Assembly: GCA_963663765.2 (NCBI GenBank)
Contig: CAXXUA010000006.1
Location: forward strand, 224,001-288,000
DNA: 64,000 nt
Direction of reading: 5' to 3'
Origin: Candidatus Poribacteria bacterium
Lineage (GTDB): Bacteria > Poribacteria > WGA-4E > WGA-3G
Below, piece after piece: positions 61,514 to 64,000 of this stretch. The notes below the pieces were generated by a model, which was not told where the DNA came from, made no database searches, and worked only from the letters and a program-made list of their open reading frames with translations. A program made the position numbers and the translations under genes. Position 1 is the stretch's first letter; each line of letters opens with the position of its first letter.

Positions 61514-62524
61514 TTATTTCCTATTCTTTTCTTTAGTATTCTTTTTTTGCCGCTTAGAAGGCACTTCAATTTCACCTGCGATAATCTTTGCTTTAAAATC
61601 CTCGACCTGTTTTAGGATCTCTTCAGTTAATAGCGTTTTATTATGTTCATCTACAATATATTCAATACCACCCTCTTTTAGACCGTAGTTTTTTACGCCA
61701 CCTGTGAACGTATCCGTCACAACCTTTTCAATCATTTGATATATAGACAATTCTACACCTTTAATAATGCTTGTCAATACTTGTCCAGGAATAAGATGAT
61801 TTCCGTTAGAGTCCACCCAGATAATATATTTATTTGTCTGTTTTGCAGCTTCAAGTACACCTAAACCACTTGCGCCAGCTGCTGCGATGATAACATCTAC
61901 ACCTTTATTATATTGTGCGAGTGCGAGTTCTTTTCCTTTAGCTGGATTATCAAATGCTTGTGGGGTAACACCGACATAGTTGACGAGAAGTTCTACATCT
62001 GGATTCGTATGTTTTATACCTGCGGCGAAACCGATTTCAAAAGCTTCCACCAGTGGAACTTTCATACCTCCGACGAATCCCACTTTTTTTGATTCAGTTT
62101 TTAGTGCTGCGATGACACCTGCGAGGAAAGTGCCTTCGTGTGCTTTATAAATAAGGGATGCTACGTTTGAGTGTTTTGCTTCTTCATCAATAAGTGTGAA
62201 GTTGACATTTGGGAAATCGGCAGCGACTCGGTTCATAGGTTCTTTGAATACGAAACCGACTCCGATGATGATGTCATATTTTAGTTTTGCGAGTCTTCGC
62301 ATTGCCAGTTCGTATTCAGCATTTTGTGCGGGATATATTTCAGTAAGTTTTATATCCCATTTATCTTCAGCTTTTTTTGCACCATTGTATGCTGCGTCGC
62401 AAAAAGAAAGGTCACCGCGTCCGCGCACGTTATAAATAAGACCGACTTTAACAGTAGCAGTAACATTATCGATAAATGCAAGACTCATGGTTATTATTGT
62501 TAGCAACAGAAAAAATTTTTTCAT
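61514..62524 (-). CDS. BMP-family (PnrA-like) ABC transporter substrate-binding protein
   Basis: Signal peptide, GRGDLSF, IIGVGF, KVGFVGGM, AAGASGLG, WVDSN. Confidence 0.92.
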   Translation of the reverse strand: MKKFFLLLTIITMSLAFIDNVTATVKVGLIYNVRGRGDLSFCDAAYNGAKKAEDKWDIKLTEIYPAQNAEYELAMRRLAKLKYDIIIGVGFVFKEPMNRVAADFPNVNFTLIDEEAKHSNVASLIYKAHEGTFLAGVIAALKTESKKVGFVGGMKVPLVEAFEIGFAAGIKHTNPDVELLVNYVGVTPQAFDNPAKGKELALAQYNKGVDVIIAAAGASGLGVLEAAKQTNKYIIWVDSNGNHLIPGQVLTSIIKGVELSIYQMIEKVVTDTFTGGVKNYGLKEGGIEYIVDEHNKTLLTEEILKQVEDFKAKIIAGEIEVPSKRQKKNTKEKNRK

Positions 62525-62594
62525 TAGGGAGCACTCCGACTATTGATTTTGGATTTTTTGTATGAATTTTGACGAAGCAGCGATAAAACCATAT

Positions 62595-62771
62595 TTGAGA
62601 TACGATCTCAAAATCAAACTGTTTATTGAGACATATTCTCAAAAACACATTCTGTATTGAGAAACGGTCTCAAAAGTTGCGAAATTGTCATATTGAGAAT
62701 ACATATCAATAACAATCTTCGTATTGAGATTTATTCTCAAAAGCATGTTTTTATTTGAGATACGATCTCAA
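62595..62771. repeat. Array of six TTGAGA-N5-TCTCAA palindromes with 31-bp phasing
   Basis: Starts at 62595, 62626, 62657, 62693, 62724, 62755; the only deviation in the 6-bp arms is TATCAA in site 4. Confidence 0.92.
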
Positions 62772-63179
62772 ATATTGTAATTGCTGTTAATTATCCAAAA
62801 TAGAACGAATCTTTTGTGAAAATATCAAAACTTATTAATTGAAAGCTAAAAAAGAATCTCATGGTGAAAAAACGTTCATGAGAATACCAGTTGGAAAAAT
62901 GTCACATTTTTAATTAGGGATAGGAAAATTGAATAAAGATTATTAATTAGAATACACCATCGCGAAAACAAATGCAACATTTTTCGTTGGGTAGGGTTTG
63001 TAGAAAATTTTAGGTTGGGTTTAAAGGTTGGAAGAGAAGAGATGTGAAAATAACATGATAGGAAATGAAACTGTACGAGCATTTAATGACGTATTGTACG
63101 TGCAAAACGTCATTAAAATGTTGGTGTGAAAAACAGAAATATGATAGAATTATCTGGTCAATATTAATGGAGAACCTTA

Positions 63180-63791
63180 ATGTCGAATTCAAGAAGAAGA
63201 AAAACACAACAACCCAGAGTCCTTGACGAAATACAACAGAGAATCATTTTAGACTCACTCAGAAATAGAGAACGCGATAGAACACTCGTACTCTTCTGTC
63301 TACGTACCGGACTTCGCAATGCTGAAGCATGTGGTATGAATATCGGGGATGTCATGAAATTCGGCAATATCGTAACGACTTTAGAAGTTCGGTCAGAAAT
63401 CGCAAAAAACAATGTCTCCAGAAGAATACCCCTCGTCAATGATGTACGAGACACATTATACGACTTCTTGGATTGGAAGTTAGAACGTAAAGAGAAAGAC
63501 GATTTAGATAGTCCCCTTTTCTGTACTCTCCGTACAAAAAATAGACTCGCCCCCCGCGACTTTCAACGTATCATGGAAGCAGCATCCGAAAACATCGGAC
63601 TCAGGTTCACACCACACGACCTGCGACATACCTTCGGCACTGAACTCTATAGAGCTACACACGATTTAGAATCTGTACGTATTGCATTAGGACACACCAG
63701 TTTAGATGCAACACTTATCTATATGCACACAAGTCCCGATATATTGCGGCAACGGTTTGAGACTGCGTTCGGTGGGCTTTCGCAAGACTAA
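63180..63791 (+). CDS. Tyrosine recombinase, catalytic domain only (203 aa)
   Basis: TGLR, AK, HDLRH, LGH, TLIY catalytic set; no N-terminal core-binding domain; extended -10 TGATAGAAT at 63142-63150. Confidence 0.92.
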   Translation: MSNSRRRKTQQPRVLDEIQQRIILDSLRNRERDRTLVLFCLRTGLRNAEACGMNIGDVMKFGNIVTTLEVRSEIAKNNVSRRIPLVNDVRDTLYDFLDWKLERKEKDDLDSPLFCTLRTKNRLAPRDFQRIMEAASENIGLRFTPHDLRHTFGTELYRATHDLESVRIALGHTSLDATLIYMHTSPDILRQRFETAFGGLSQD

Positions 63792-64000
63792 TATCTTCAT
63801 GTGTAGAACCTTGGCATAAGACAATTCTCTTGAAATGATTCTTAGTGTATTATCATATCAAAACGAATAAAAAAATGCGTTATACGCTAACGTGAGCATT
63901 AATTATTTTGGTGGTTTTATGAAATATACATATTTTGAATCTGCTTCATTTAAGTATAAAGTATTTGCACATTCATTTTTCCAGGATAACTTTTCATTTT

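Noticed and set aside
62595-62771. Possible CRISPR or guide-RNA array
   Set aside because: Conserved arms are only 6 bp and variable parts 5 and 14 nt; symmetry and helical phasing fit dsDNA protein-binding sites better
62780-63170. oriC or dif site
   Set aside because: Only one imperfect DnaA-box-like TTATCCAAA (62791-62799), no dnaA context and no recognisable dif consensus; GC skew cannot be computed here
63180-63791. Integron integrase or XerC/XerD
   Set aside because: Too short, lacks the IntI-specific insertion and the Xer N-terminal domain; no attC-like cassette array seen

Overview
AT-rich bacterial chromosomal window. The gene content (several PhyH-type dioxygenases, WD40 and LamG proteins ending in a K-x-x-T-x-W-x-x-I-K motif, Uma2 endonucleases) resembles sponge-associated Candidatus Poribacteria; this is inference, not a database result. 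It carries housekeeping and metabolic genes (accD, topA, ftsEX, polX, gmhB, heptose kinase, aspartokinase, tatD), four tRNAs, one intact-looking IS5-family element and two degenerate ISKra4/ISLre2-type elements. Intergenic DNA is densely filled with REP-like palindromes packaged inside about eleven families of short TIR-bounded elements (MITEs), one of which cleanly interrupts a WD40 gene. Most notable: (1) a 34-36 bp hairpin-plus-tail micro-element found ten times at seven loci, always inside other repeats and sometimes stacked or nested; (2) an ECF sigma factor fused in frame to an FtsZ domain, with an internal ribosome-binding site; (3) six TTGAGA-N5-TCTCAA palindromes phased at 31 bp upstream of a catalytic-domain-only tyrosine recombinase; (4) an FtsE with its ATPase motifs substituted and a PolX lacking the DxD motif; (5) a PorV-like barrel fused to a lytic transglycosylase. 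No CRISPR array or rRNA was found.
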